DNA of 64,000 bases from Minisyncoccota bacterium (GTDB taxonomy: Bacteria > Patescibacteriota > Minisyncoccia > Phycocordibacterales > UBA9973): positions 152,626-216,625 of the forward strand of contig JAQULK010000001.1 in assembly GCA_028718635.1 (NCBI GenBank), written 5' to 3'. Positions 54,930 through 63,773 of the stretch are shown one piece after another (positions within the stretch are counted from its first letter, which is position 1; every line of letters starts with the position of its first letter). A program made the translations under genes and the position numbers. The notes beneath the pieces were generated by a model that worked only from the letters and a program-made list of their open reading frames with translations, was not told the origin of the DNA and ran no database searches.

Positions 54930-56204
54930 ATGAAAAATAAAATCAGAAATACCTTTCTTTCGCTTAGAATAAGAAATTACAGATTGTATTTTATTGGTCA
55001 GGCAATTTCTTTGTCTGGTACATGGATACAGACAATCGCTCAGGGTTGGCTTGTATTACAACTAACACATTCAGGTACTCAGCTTGGAATTGTGTACACT
55101 TTTCAATTTTTACCGATTCTTATTTTGGGTCCCTGGGGCGGGTTGGTTGCTGATAGATTTTCAAAAAGAAAGATTCTCTATTTAACCCAAGGTATTTTTG
55201 GTGTTTTGGCTTTAGTATTAGGTATTCTTGTTTTGACTCATAGTATCCAAATTTATATGGTTTATATATTCGCCTTAATCCTTGGATTAGTCAATGTTAT
55301 AAACAGCCCAACATTACATACCTTTATTCCAGAGATGGTAGGAAAGGAGAATTTACAAAATGCAGTTTCTTTAAATGTAATGGAGTCTAATTTAGCTCGT
55401 GCTATTGGGCCAGCCTTAGCTGGAATTTTAATTTTATCTGTTGGAATCGGTTGGTGTTTCATTTTTAATGCAATCTCCTTCATTGCCGTAATTATTGCTT
55501 TTTCCATTATGAAGGAAAAGGAGTTACATTTAACTTTTAGAGCTCAAAATAAAAGTGGGCAATTAATGGAGGGTTTGCGTTATGTGCGATCTAACCCAAT
55601 TCTTTTTAACACACTTCTAATGATGGCGATTATTGGTACTTTGTCGTATGAATTTGCCACTTCGCTGCCATTAATCGCTCAATATACTTTTCATGGCGAT
55701 GCTGGAAGTTATGCATTTTTGCAAACTTTTATAGGAATTGGATCTGCTGTAGGTGGCTTGCTGGCAGCCAGCAGAAAAAAAATATCCTCTAATATGATTG
55801 TTGTGTCGGCCATGGGGTTAGGCGTATCTTTAACAATTGCCGCATTTATGCCAAATATTTTTCTTATGATTTTAGTTATGTTTATTGTCGGCATATTTTC
55901 TATTAATTATATTTCTTTAAGTAATACAACTTTACAAACGGAAAGCAGACCAGAAATGCGGGGTCGAGTAATGGCACTTTGGACAGTGGCCTTTCTTGGA
56001 TCCACGTCAATCGGTGGACCAATCATTGGTTGGATTGGAGAACACATAGGTCCACGTTACGGGTTAGCCGTAGGAGGAGTAGCCGCAATTATCGCTGCTT
56101 TTATTGGAAAAATTAAAATTGCACGCAATAATGAAACACATATTGTTTCTAGTGAAACAAAAATATTAGAAGAAGAAGTCGGCGAACAAATGAACTTAAA
56201 ATAA
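54930..56204 (+). CDS. MFS transporter
   Basis: 12 TM with MFS loop motifs (G.LVADRFSKRK). Confidence 0.8.
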   Translation: MKNKIRNTFLSLRIRNYRLYFIGQAISLSGTWIQTIAQGWLVLQLTHSGTQLGIVYTFQFLPILILGPWGGLVADRFSKRKILYLTQGIFGVLALVLGILVLTHSIQIYMVYIFALILGLVNVINSPTLHTFIPEMVGKENLQNAVSLNVMESNLARAIGPALAGILILSVGIGWCFIFNAISFIAVIIAFSIMKEKELHLTFRAQNKSGQLMEGLRYVRSNPILFNTLLMMAIIGTLSYEFATSLPLIAQYTFHGDAGSYAFLQTFIGIGSAVGGLLAASRKKISSNMIVVSAMGLGVSLTIAAFMPNIFLMILVMFIVGIFSINYISLSNTTLQTESRPEMRGRVMALWTVAFLGSTSIGGPIIGWIGEHIGPRYGLAVGGVAAIIAAFIGKIKIARNNETHIVSSETKILEEEVGEQMNLK

Positions 56205-56209
56205 TTAAA

Positions 56210-56596
56210 ATGAAAAAAATTCTTTCAATATTTGCTTCTGCTTTTATTCTGAATGTAATTTGGGAGAATTTGCATTCTGTTTTTTATGCAAATTATATGG
56301 GTGGAAAAATCACGGAGATTATACTTTTGCGAGCCAGTTTAGCTGATGCCCTTATTGTCGCAATCATTACCTTGCCATTTATTTTTTATTCTCCACTCAA
56401 AAATAAAAGTTGGCTGATAATTTTTATCGGAATAATAATTTCCATTTTTATAGAATATTGGGGACTTGGAACAGGCAGGTGGGCGTACAATTCCCTCATG
56501 CCTATTATTCCTGTTTTAGGAACGGGATTAACTCCGACCGTTCAGCTTGGCTTGCTTGGGTACGTTTCATTCAAAATAGCAGAGTATCTTAATTAA
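56210..56596 (+). CDS. Hypothetical small membrane protein
   Basis: 128 aa, 4 predicted TM. Confidence 0.35.
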   Translation: MKKILSIFASAFILNVIWENLHSVFYANYMGGKITEIILLRASLADALIVAIITLPFIFYSPLKNKSWLIIFIGIIISIFIEYWGLGTGRWAYNSLMPIIPVLGTGLTPTVQLGLLGYVSFKIAEYLN

Positions 56597-57005
56597 TTTT
56601 TTTTTTCACTTCACCATCTATATGGTCCAGCTTTTTCTCTAATCTAGAGAGTGTATTTTGTAAGTTTTTGAGCTGAACTTCTTCTGTTTGAATTTCTTTT
56701 TCTTCCTTTTTAATTTCACCCTCTTCTTTTTTTGTAATTTTTTCTTCACCGATAAGGCCGGAGATGATAAGACGGTTTCCGATGAATTCATAGACAAGCA
56801 AGCCTGTTACTAAAAGAATAATAATTCCCAAAAGAAGAGAAAGAGTGCTGCTCATGCTCATGTCGTCTGCAGTGTGCCAGATTCCGCGCCAAAGAAGTAC
56901 TACGCCGATACTTCCAATAAACGCATAAATAATGGGATAACGACTCAAAAATGCCCTTATTTTATTTTCTGTATTTTCGCAAAAATCTAAAAATCTTTTT
57001 ATCAT
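56589..57005 (-). CDS. Hypothetical membrane protein with C-terminal coiled coil
   Basis: Two TM helices then EEKITKKEEGEIKKEEKEIQTEE... Start set at the internal MIKRFLDF to avoid overlap with the divergent tsaC. Confidence 0.4.
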   Translation of the reverse strand: MIKRFLDFCENTENKIRAFLSRYPIIYAFIGSIGVVLLWRGIWHTADDMSMSSTLSLLLGIIILLVTGLLVYEFIGNRLIISGLIGEEKITKKEEGEIKKEEKEIQTEEVQLKNLQNTLSRLEKKLDHIDGEVKKKIN

Positions 57006-57048
57006 TGTATTGTATAAATAATACACTAAGAGTAGAATTATTTCCATA

Positions 57049-57627
57049 ATGATTTGGAATAACCCTAATTTAATAAAAGTTCTAAAAGATGGTGGGGTGG
57101 CAGTGATGCCGACTGATACTATATATGGAATAGTCGGAAGGGCGCAAAACCTCGCGACAGTTGAGCATATTTACGCCTTGCGCAAAAGAAGCCCCAATAA
57201 GCCTTGCATTATATTAATTGGAAATATTAACGAACTGGAAAAGTTTTCCATTTCTTTATCACAACAGCAACAAAGCAAACTAAAAGAAAGTTTGTTTAAT
57301 TTAAGCGGAATCGAAGGATCCGAACCTTTGAGTATTGTTTTAGATTGCCCGGATGATGCTTTTGCATTTTTGCATCGAGGAACGAATACTCTTGCATTTA
57401 GAGTTCCTCTTAATGAAGAACTTAGAAATTTGTTGATCCAAACAGGTCCACTTATCGCTCCCTCGGCAAACATAGAAGATATGCCTCCTGTGCAAAATAT
57501 CGATGAAGCAAAAAAATATTTTGGCAACTCAGTTAATCTGTATGTGGATGGAGGCGCTATTGCAGGCAAAGCATCCAAGGTGATCAGATTAAATAAAGAT
57601 GGAACAGTGACTGTTGTCAGAGAATGA
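57049..57627 (+). CDS. tsaC: L-threonylcarbamoyladenylate synthase (YrdC/TsaC family)
   Basis: VAVMPTDTIYGIVGRAQN and ALRKRSPNKP motifs of the YrdC domain. Confidence 0.8.
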   Translation: MIWNNPNLIKVLKDGGVAVMPTDTIYGIVGRAQNLATVEHIYALRKRSPNKPCIILIGNINELEKFSISLSQQQQSKLKESLFNLSGIEGSEPLSIVLDCPDDAFAFLHRGTNTLAFRVPLNEELRNLLIQTGPLIAPSANIEDMPPVQNIDEAKKYFGNSVNLYVDGGAIAGKASKVIRLNKDGTVTVVRE

Positions 57628-57664
57628 CAACAACTCCATGGCAAGACCTATGGGGTAGAGTAAA

Positions 57665-59023
57665 TTATAAAAACGAAACGAGTAGCGCTATGGCAAATAC
57701 GCCCATTAATACAAAAGCGGCCCAGAGTCCAAGCTTTGAGGCTAGACCGCTTTTATGCTCGCCCATTACATCATTTCGGCTAGAAAGTCTTGTAATAAAA
57801 TAAATTAGAGGGACTGCTGCGACTCCGTTGAATACGGCGGTAAAGATAAGCGCCTTGATAGGATCAAAACCTATAAAATTAAAAACCAGACCAATCAAGG
57901 TGCCGACAATAATCACAAAATAAAAATTGCGCGATTGTTTGAATTTGCGGAACAGTCCTTCTCGCCAGCTAAAGGTCTCAGCCACTGCGTAGGCAGAACT
58001 TCCCGCCAACACCGGTATGCTCTGAAGACCGATGCCAATTATTCCGATGGAAAAAATAAGCTTCGCCAGAAAGCCAGCGTTTGGAAATGTGTGTACTAAT
58101 GGTTCAAGAGCGCGGGCGGCATCAGCAGCCGTATTAATATTCGTCACTCCATTTTGATTGAGCACGAGAGCTCCCACTACGATGATAAACCATGCAGTGA
58201 CGTTGGAAAAAAGCATACCTACGGCATTATCAATACGCAGATTTTTTAAATAAGATTTTGTTAATTTAGGAATGCCACCGCTTTGGGGCATTTTATGTTT
58301 AGCGATACTGTCCTCGACAACGTTGCTCGTCTGCCAGAAGAATAAATAAGGCGAGATAGTTGTGCCAAAAATTCCGACTATGATGTACAGAAAAGATCTA
58401 TTGAATTGGACCTGGGGGATGAGAGTAGATTTTAATACATCAACCCAAGGTACGGCAATTAAAAATGCTGTAATGAAATAGGCAAATAATGCCATTGCCA
58501 GCCATTTTAAAATACGAATATACGTGCGATAAGGAATAAGCACTTCTAATAATATTATAAGGATAGCAAAACCAACCGCTAAAACAGAAAATGGAATAAT
58601 CGGAATAATAAGCCGAGTGCTGGCTGCCATTGCTCCGATGTCTGAACCGATATTGAGAGTATTAGCGCACACCACGAGCAATACGATCGGATACAATACT
58701 ATTTTGGGATAACGTTCACGGACCACGGCCGCCAATCCTTTGCCGGTGACGGCTCCTATGCGCATGCAAGCTTCTTGCACGGCGGTCATAAGCGGAAGAG
58801 TGAAAAGCATAGTCCAGGGCAAGGAGAACCCGAATTGCGCTCCCGCTTGGGAATATGTAGCGATTCCAGACGGATCGTCATCGGCTGCTCCTGTGACAAT
58901 CCCTGGACCGAGGATTCTTAAAAATCTCCCGAATGGTTTCGGAGTTTTTCTTTTTTTCCTTGTTTTATCTGGTACGGCACTTTGTTCTGTGTCAGCGATT
59001 AATTCATCAGGAAATTTAACCAT
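57665..59023 (-). CDS. mntH: NRAMP-family divalent metal transporter
   Basis: GPGIVTGAADDDPSGIATYSQAGAQFGF motif, 11 TM. Start set at the ATG at 59023. The longer GTG-initiated ORF overlaps an upstream hairpin. Confidence 0.85.
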   Translation of the reverse strand: MVKFPDELIADTEQSAVPDKTRKKRKTPKPFGRFLRILGPGIVTGAADDDPSGIATYSQAGAQFGFSLPWTMLFTLPLMTAVQEACMRIGAVTGKGLAAVVRERYPKIVLYPIVLLVVCANTLNIGSDIGAMAASTRLIIPIIPFSVLAVGFAILIILLEVLIPYRTYIRILKWLAMALFAYFITAFLIAVPWVDVLKSTLIPQVQFNRSFLYIIVGIFGTTISPYLFFWQTSNVVEDSIAKHKMPQSGGIPKLTKSYLKNLRIDNAVGMLFSNVTAWFIIVVGALVLNQNGVTNINTAADAARALEPLVHTFPNAGFLAKLIFSIGIIGIGLQSIPVLAGSSAYAVAETFSWREGLFRKFKQSRNFYFVIIVGTLIGLVFNFIGFDPIKALIFTAVFNGVAAVPLIYFITRLSSRNDVMGEHKSGLASKLGLWAAFVLMGVFAIALLVSFL

Positions 59024-59055
59024 ATATGAAGTATAGCGAATTTTTTTCTTTTGGT

Positions 59056-59092
59056 ATACCCCCACACTTATTGTTGATTTAATAAGTGTGGG
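59056..59092. repeat. Perfect 17-bp-stem hairpin ATACCCCCACACTTATT-gttgattt-AATAAGTGTGGGGGTAT; a longer interrupted relative lies at 40626..40709
   Basis: Both copies lie in divergent promoter regions; the 40626 copy has arms TGCTACCCCGACACTTATT / AATAAGTGTGGGGGTGCTAG with a structured 45-nt insert between them. Confidence 0.65.
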
Positions 59093-59111
59093 GGTATAGC
59101 ATAGAAGTGAT

Positions 59112-59236
59112 GGATCCCGTTAGAAGCCGCGATCGCAATTTAAAAACAAACAAAATATGAAATCAAATATTTGGGAAATTAATAATATAAAACATAAGAT
59201 ACGTGAGTTGATCGCGATCTGCTTCTAACGGGATGG
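59112..59236 (+). mobile_element. MITE-like ~125-bp element, copy B
   Basis: GGATCCCGTTAGAAGCCGCGATCGC...GATCGCGATCTGCTTCTAACGGGATGG; its 3' terminus supplies the murB ATG. Confidence 0.7.
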
Positions 59237-60246
59237 AAATTTTAAAGAACTACAATCTTTCTAAGTTAAACACCCTCGGTATCAACGTCGAGGCGAAATT
59301 TTTCGTCGAAGTGCAATCTGAAAAAGATCTGAAAGAACTTTTTGTTTTGCCCGAATTTAAAAATAATAAGAAAATGTTCCTCGGGGGAGGGAGCAATGTT
59401 TTATTTACCAAAGATTTTGACGGAATGGTGGTTTTAAATAAATTAAGAGGCATAGAAATCACGGAAGAAGATTCTGAAAATGTTTATATTCGCGGAGCGG
59501 GCGGAGAACTTTGGCATGATTTGGTAATGTTTGCTGTCAATCATGGATATTGGGGCATAGAAAATTTATCATTCATTCCTGGGACTGTCGGTGCTGCGCC
59601 GGTACAAAACATAGGAGCATATGGACTAGAGCTCAAGGATGTGCTTTTTAACGTTGAAACTTTTGAAATTGAAACAGGAATAAAAAGGATTTTTAGCAAA
59701 GAAGAGTGCAAGTTGGGATACCGGGACAGTGTTTTTAAAAATAAATTAAAAAATAAATATTTTATTTCAGCTATTACTTTAAAATTAAGCAAAAAAGAAA
59801 AGCGAAACATAAAATATAAAATTTTGTCAGATTTTTTAGAAAAAAATAAAATAGAAATTAAGAGCCCAAAAGATATTAGCGATGCTGTGATGTGTATACG
59901 CCAAAGCAAATTACCAGACCCAAAAATTATAGGCAATGCCGGGAGTTTTTTTAAAAATGTTTTTGTGGGGAAAGAACAGCTGCAAGTTTTGCAAATAAGT
60001 TATCCGGAAATCCCTCATTTTGAAAATAATGGAATTATAAAAATTCCTGCTGCTTGGTTGGTTGAACAGTGCGGATGGAAAGGACACAGAGTGGGGAATG
60101 TCGGGGTGCATGAAAAGCAAGCACTAGTTTTAGTAAATTACGGAGAGGTGAAAGGTTTAGAGATTTTGGAGTTAGCAAACAAAATAATTGCATCCGTAAA
60201 AGAAAAATTCGGACTGGATTTAGTGCCCGAAGTTAATATTGTGTAA
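59233..60246 (+). CDS. murB: UDP-N-acetylenolpyruvoylglucosamine reductase
   Basis: FAD-binding domain with FLGGGSNVLF and a C-terminal MurB domain. Start codon is embedded in the terminal repeat of a MITE-like element. Confidence 0.85.
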   Translation: MEILKNYNLSKLNTLGINVEAKFFVEVQSEKDLKELFVLPEFKNNKKMFLGGGSNVLFTKDFDGMVVLNKLRGIEITEEDSENVYIRGAGGELWHDLVMFAVNHGYWGIENLSFIPGTVGAAPVQNIGAYGLELKDVLFNVETFEIETGIKRIFSKEECKLGYRDSVFKNKLKNKYFISAITLKLSKKEKRNIKYKILSDFLEKNKIEIKSPKDISDAVMCIRQSKLPDPKIIGNAGSFFKNVFVGKEQLQVLQISYPEIPHFENNGIIKIPAAWLVEQCGWKGHRVGNVGVHEKQALVLVNYGEVKGLEILELANKIIASVKEKFGLDLVPEVNIV

Positions 60247-60301
60247 GTGGCGCTATTTTGAAAACAGTTGCCTTTTTATATAATTGTATTATACTGTACA
60301 T

Positions 60302-60904
60302 ATGAGTACAGGTAAAAATGATAAAGTTGCAAGAAAAAGCGGTTATTTAGGTCGTTTTGCGCAATTAGCCGGGTTGGGTATGGTAATTTTTCACGCTGGC
60401 GATCTGGCTAATTTATGGCAGATAAAGAACAAAAATACTTTGCATACCACTTTAAAACGTTACACCCGGGCCGGATTATTGACGCGAGTTTATCGAGGCC
60501 TGTATTCCTTAAAGCCGGTTGAGAAACTGGAGCCAGCGCTTTTGGGCGCAAAGGCTTTGCATAGATATGCATACATGAGTGCGGAAACGGTCTTGGCACA
60601 AGAAGGGATTATCCAGCAAAAAATCAATCGGATTACCCTTGTGAGTTCAGTGTCAAAGAAATTTTCCATAAACGGACAGAATTTCCATTCCCGGAAATTA
60701 GCTGACCGGTTTCTATATAATCCGGCCGGCATAATTGAAAAAGATGGAGTGAAAAGGGCGATGGCAGAAAGAGCGGTGGCGGATATGCTATATTTCAATC
60801 CCAAGACTCATTTCGACGCGGAAGGTTTGATAAATTGGCGCAAGGTCAAGGAGATACAGGAGACTATCGGCTATTCGCCAACCTTTAAGCATTACCGGAA
60901 ATAA
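60302..60904 (+). CDS. AbiEi-like antitoxin/transcriptional regulator (type IV TA system)
   Basis: About 200 aa, wHTH-like N-terminus, immediately upstream of (4-nt gap from) an AbiEii-type nucleotidyltransferase gene. An inverted repeat spans its start codon. Confidence 0.65.
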   Translation: MSTGKNDKVARKSGYLGRFAQLAGLGMVIFHAGDLANLWQIKNKNTLHTTLKRYTRAGLLTRVYRGLYSLKPVEKLEPALLGAKALHRYAYMSAETVLAQEGIIQQKINRITLVSSVSKKFSINGQNFHSRKLADRFLYNPAGIIEKDGVKRAMAERAVADMLYFNPKTHFDAEGLINWRKVKEIQETIGYSPTFKHYRK

Positions 60905-60907
60905 TTT

Positions 60908-61645
60908 ATGATTTTACCCAATACCAAAGACACCATCCACAAAGCCTGGCTTTACAGGTTGCTTTCGGGAATTTACGACGAGCCTCAACTCGCTGGGTTT
61001 TTGTATTTCAAGGGCGGAACTTGTGCGGCGATGCTCGGGTATCTTGATCGTTTTTCGGTGGATTTGGATTTTGATTTTACCGGTAAAAAGGAAGATGTTC
61101 CGATGGTTCAAAAAAAACTGGAAAAAGTTTTCAGAAAGCTCGGCATGGAAATAAAAGACCGAAGCAAAAACGTTCCGCAATATTTTTTGAAATATCCCGC
61201 TAAAGATCATGAGCGAAACACGATAAAATTGGATGTTACTTTTCCTCCGCCCTTGGCCAACAAATATGAACCCAAGGAATTTGCTGATATTGACAGGATC
61301 ATTACTTGCCAGACTATCGAAACGATGTTTGCCAATAAATTGGTGGCGCTTATCGACCGTTATGAGAAAAACGAGTCCATCGCCGGGCGCGACCTGTATG
61401 ACATCCATCATTTTTTCTTTCAAGGCTTCACTTATGACAAGGAAGTGATTGAGGAAAGAAGGAAAAAGTCTGTCGCGGAGTTTTTTAGGGAGCTAGCGGA
61501 TTTTATCGAGAAAAACATCACTGAAACGATTATCAACCAGGACTTGAATTCTTTGCTCGCACCTGATCAATTCCAAAAAATTAGAAAGATATTGAAGCGG
61601 GAAACACTGATGTTTCTGCGGGACGAAATAAAAAGGAGTAGTTGA
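60908..61645 (+). CDS. AbiEii/AbiGii-family nucleotidyltransferase toxin (DUF1814)
   Basis: FKGGTCAAMLGYLDRFSVDLDFDF matches the GGTa...RfSeDlDF nucleotidyltransferase motif. Confidence 0.75.
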   Translation: MILPNTKDTIHKAWLYRLLSGIYDEPQLAGFLYFKGGTCAAMLGYLDRFSVDLDFDFTGKKEDVPMVQKKLEKVFRKLGMEIKDRSKNVPQYFLKYPAKDHERNTIKLDVTFPPPLANKYEPKEFADIDRIITCQTIETMFANKLVALIDRYEKNESIAGRDLYDIHHFFFQGFTYDKEVIEERRKKSVAEFFRELADFIEKNITETIINQDLNSLLAPDQFQKIRKILKRETLMFLRDEIKRSS

Positions 61646-62039
61646 TTATTTTTTAGTGGAGCGGGTTGAGCGTGATATAATATCTGCAAGGAGTTCCTTC
61701 TACATTGCATTATGTTTGTACAAATAGTTTTACACATTGCACATTATGACTTCCGACTCGGAGTCATGATATTATTAAAATATGAAAACCCGACCCAACC
61801 CGCGACCCCACTTCATTGTATTTCTTTTACATGGCATCAAGAGATTAACTACCTCGCTAAACAATCCCAACATTTTCAAACCAGCCCTATTGTTACTTTG
61901 CTCGGATGGGGTAGTGGGGGAGAAGACGAAGGGGAGGATGAATGGGGATATTTAAAGTGCGTTGGACAAGACTCTAACTTGCTTAGCTTGATTACTTGTT
62001 GTTATAATTAAATTATTAAAAATCTAATTAATCTTAATT
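61646..62039 (+). other. GC-richer non-coding or degraded region downstream of the AbiE pair, holding a displaced 36-bp fragment of the PG-binding domain gene tail and a strong hairpin
   Basis: GATGGGGTAGTGGGGGAGAAGACGAAGGGGAGGATG at 61906..61941 is identical to 48104..48139 (3' end of the CDS 45524..48142) but in a different frame. The ORF 61712..62011 has low-complexity translation. Hairpin ATGACTTCCGACTCGGAGTCAT at 61748..61773. Confidence 0.5.
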
Positions 62040-62534
62040 ATGAATACAGAGAAAAAAAATATGAATATAGTTTTGGCAGTGGTGATTTGTTTAGCTTTGG
62101 TGGGAGTTTTAATTTTTATCAGCCTTAAAAATAAAGAAAATATGCCTTTGAATAATGACGTAAACAATATTGTTAATGATGTTTCTGACAATACTACTCC
62201 AACTATTCCATCTGAGGATTCTGTTTCAGTGGGAGAAGTAGCGAAAAATGGAGACACAGTTTCTGTAAATTATACCGGCCGTTTAGAAAACGGTACAGTT
62301 TTTGATTCAAATGTCGATCCGAAATTTAACCACGTACAGTCTTTCAATTTCACTTTGGGTTCCGGACAAGTTATCCCTGGTTGGGAAAAAGGAATTGTCG
62401 GAATGAAAGTGGGAGAGAAAAAAATCCTTACTATACCTCCAGCGGATGCTTATGGGGCAACTGGTGTCGGAGGAGTTATCCCGCCGAATGCGACCCTTAT
62501 TTTTGATGTCGAATTACTAGCGATTAAAAAATAA
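62040..62534 (+). CDS. FKBP-type peptidyl-prolyl cis-trans isomerase with N-terminal membrane anchor
   Basis: GDTVSVNYTGRLENGTVFDSN...GWEKGIVGMKVGEKKILTIPP...LIFDVELLAIK. Confidence 0.85.
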   Translation: MNTEKKNMNIVLAVVICLALVGVLIFISLKNKENMPLNNDVNNIVNDVSDNTTPTIPSEDSVSVGEVAKNGDTVSVNYTGRLENGTVFDSNVDPKFNHVQSFNFTLGSGQVIPGWEKGIVGMKVGEKKILTIPPADAYGATGVGGVIPPNATLIFDVELLAIKK

Positions 62535-62538
62535 ATAT

Positions 62539-63372
62539 ATGGAAATATCGCCAGAACAAAAAGTAAAATTATATAACGGATTAAAGATCGCGCTTATTGT
62601 TTTCTTGGCTGTTGTGGTCGCAAATGCTTTGTTTGATTGTAGAGGCGATAGAGACGAAGATAAAACACCTAACACTATATCTTTTTCTGGGCACGGGGAA
62701 GTCACAGCGGTGCCTGATATAGCGAATATTTATTTTACGATTAGCCAAGATGCAAAAACAGTGAAAGATGCTCAAACGGCAGTGGCAACCATAGAGAAAA
62801 AAGCCTTAGATTTATTGAAAGCAAAAGGGGTGGCAGACAAAGATATTCAGACCGCGAATGCATCCTTTAATCCTAAGTATCAATATCAAAATGCTGTTTG
62901 CCCTCCTGTTCCTGTGGGTGCCGGCACAGCCGGGATTGCAGTTGGCTCAACTTCTCCTTCTTATTGTCCTCCTGGCAGGCAAGTGCTTGTCGGCTATACA
63001 GCAAACGAAAGTATTACGGTAAAAATTAGAAATATCGATTCTGTCGGTGATATTATGCAAGGACTAGGGACAACAGGCGTTTCTGATTTGAACGGCCCTA
63101 ATTTCGCAATTGATAAAGAAGATTCTTTAAAAGCAGAAGCAAGGAAAAAAGCTATTGATGACGCCAAAGCAAAAGCAAAAGTGTTGGCAAAAGATTTAGG
63201 AGTACGTTTGGGAAAAATTACTTCTTTCAGTGAAAATGGAAATACTCCGATTATGTATACCGCGAGCGCTATGATGAAAGATAGTGCGGGGGCAGCTCCG
63301 GCACCGGCAGTGATTCCAAAAGGGGAGAACACCATCAGCTCGGATGTGACTATAACTTACGAAATAAGGTAG
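62539..63372 (+). CDS. SIMPL domain (DUF541, YggE-like) periplasmic protein
   Basis: ISFSGHGEVTAVPDIANIYF...ITVKIRNIDSVGDIM pattern of the SIMPL family. Confidence 0.7.
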   Translation: MEISPEQKVKLYNGLKIALIVFLAVVVANALFDCRGDRDEDKTPNTISFSGHGEVTAVPDIANIYFTISQDAKTVKDAQTAVATIEKKALDLLKAKGVADKDIQTANASFNPKYQYQNAVCPPVPVGAGTAGIAVGSTSPSYCPPGRQVLVGYTANESITVKIRNIDSVGDIMQGLGTTGVSDLNGPNFAIDKEDSLKAEARKKAIDDAKAKAKVLAKDLGVRLGKITSFSENGNTPIMYTASAMMKDSAGAAPAPAVIPKGENTISSDVTITYEIR

Positions 63373-63441
63373 AAAGACCTCACCCCAGCCCTCTCCTTGT
63401 TAAGGAGAGGGGGGTTCATTTGACTATTTGAGCAAAAAGAG

Positions 63442-63472
63442 TATTATTAAGAAAGCCCTTGAAAGGGGGCTT
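63442..63472 (+). terminator. Rho-independent terminator downstream of the SIMPL gene
   Basis: AAAGCCCTTGAAAGGGGGCTTTTTTAAAA: GC-rich stem-loop followed by a T run. Confidence 0.6.
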
Positions 63473-63513
63473 TTTTAAAATAATTTAAAAATCCGCTATA
63501 GGCGGGGAAGTAT

Positions 63514-63699
63514 ATGTCAAAAATCACTGAATACTTAGAAGAAACAAAAACAGAATTAAAACATGTTATCTGGCCATCTAGGAATCAAACTTTATATTAT
63601 ACGCTCTTAGTTATTGTTTTATCCGTGGTGATTGCCTATTATTTAGGTTTTTTTGATTTTATTTTCTCCCAAGTCTTACAAAAAATAATTACCCCTTAA
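63514..63699 (+). CDS. secE: Preprotein translocase subunit SecE
   Basis: 61 aa, ELKHVIWPSRNQ followed by a single TM; lies upstream of nusG as in the conserved secE-nusG arrangement. Confidence 0.75.
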   Translation: MSKITEYLEETKTELKHVIWPSRNQTLYYTLLVIVLSVVIAYYLGFFDFIFSQVLQKIITP

Positions 63700-63773
63700 G
63701 AACACTTGTCCCGTAGTAAATTCAGCAAATGGGACATAGTCGATAAATATTATTAATTAAAATTTTACTACTG

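Noticed and set aside
61712-62011. ORF-track protein of 99 aa
   Set aside because: The translation is low-complexity (GWGSGGEDEGEDEWG). It contains an out-of-frame copy of another gene's 3' end and sits in a structured GC-rich spacer. It is treated as non-coding or pseudogenic.
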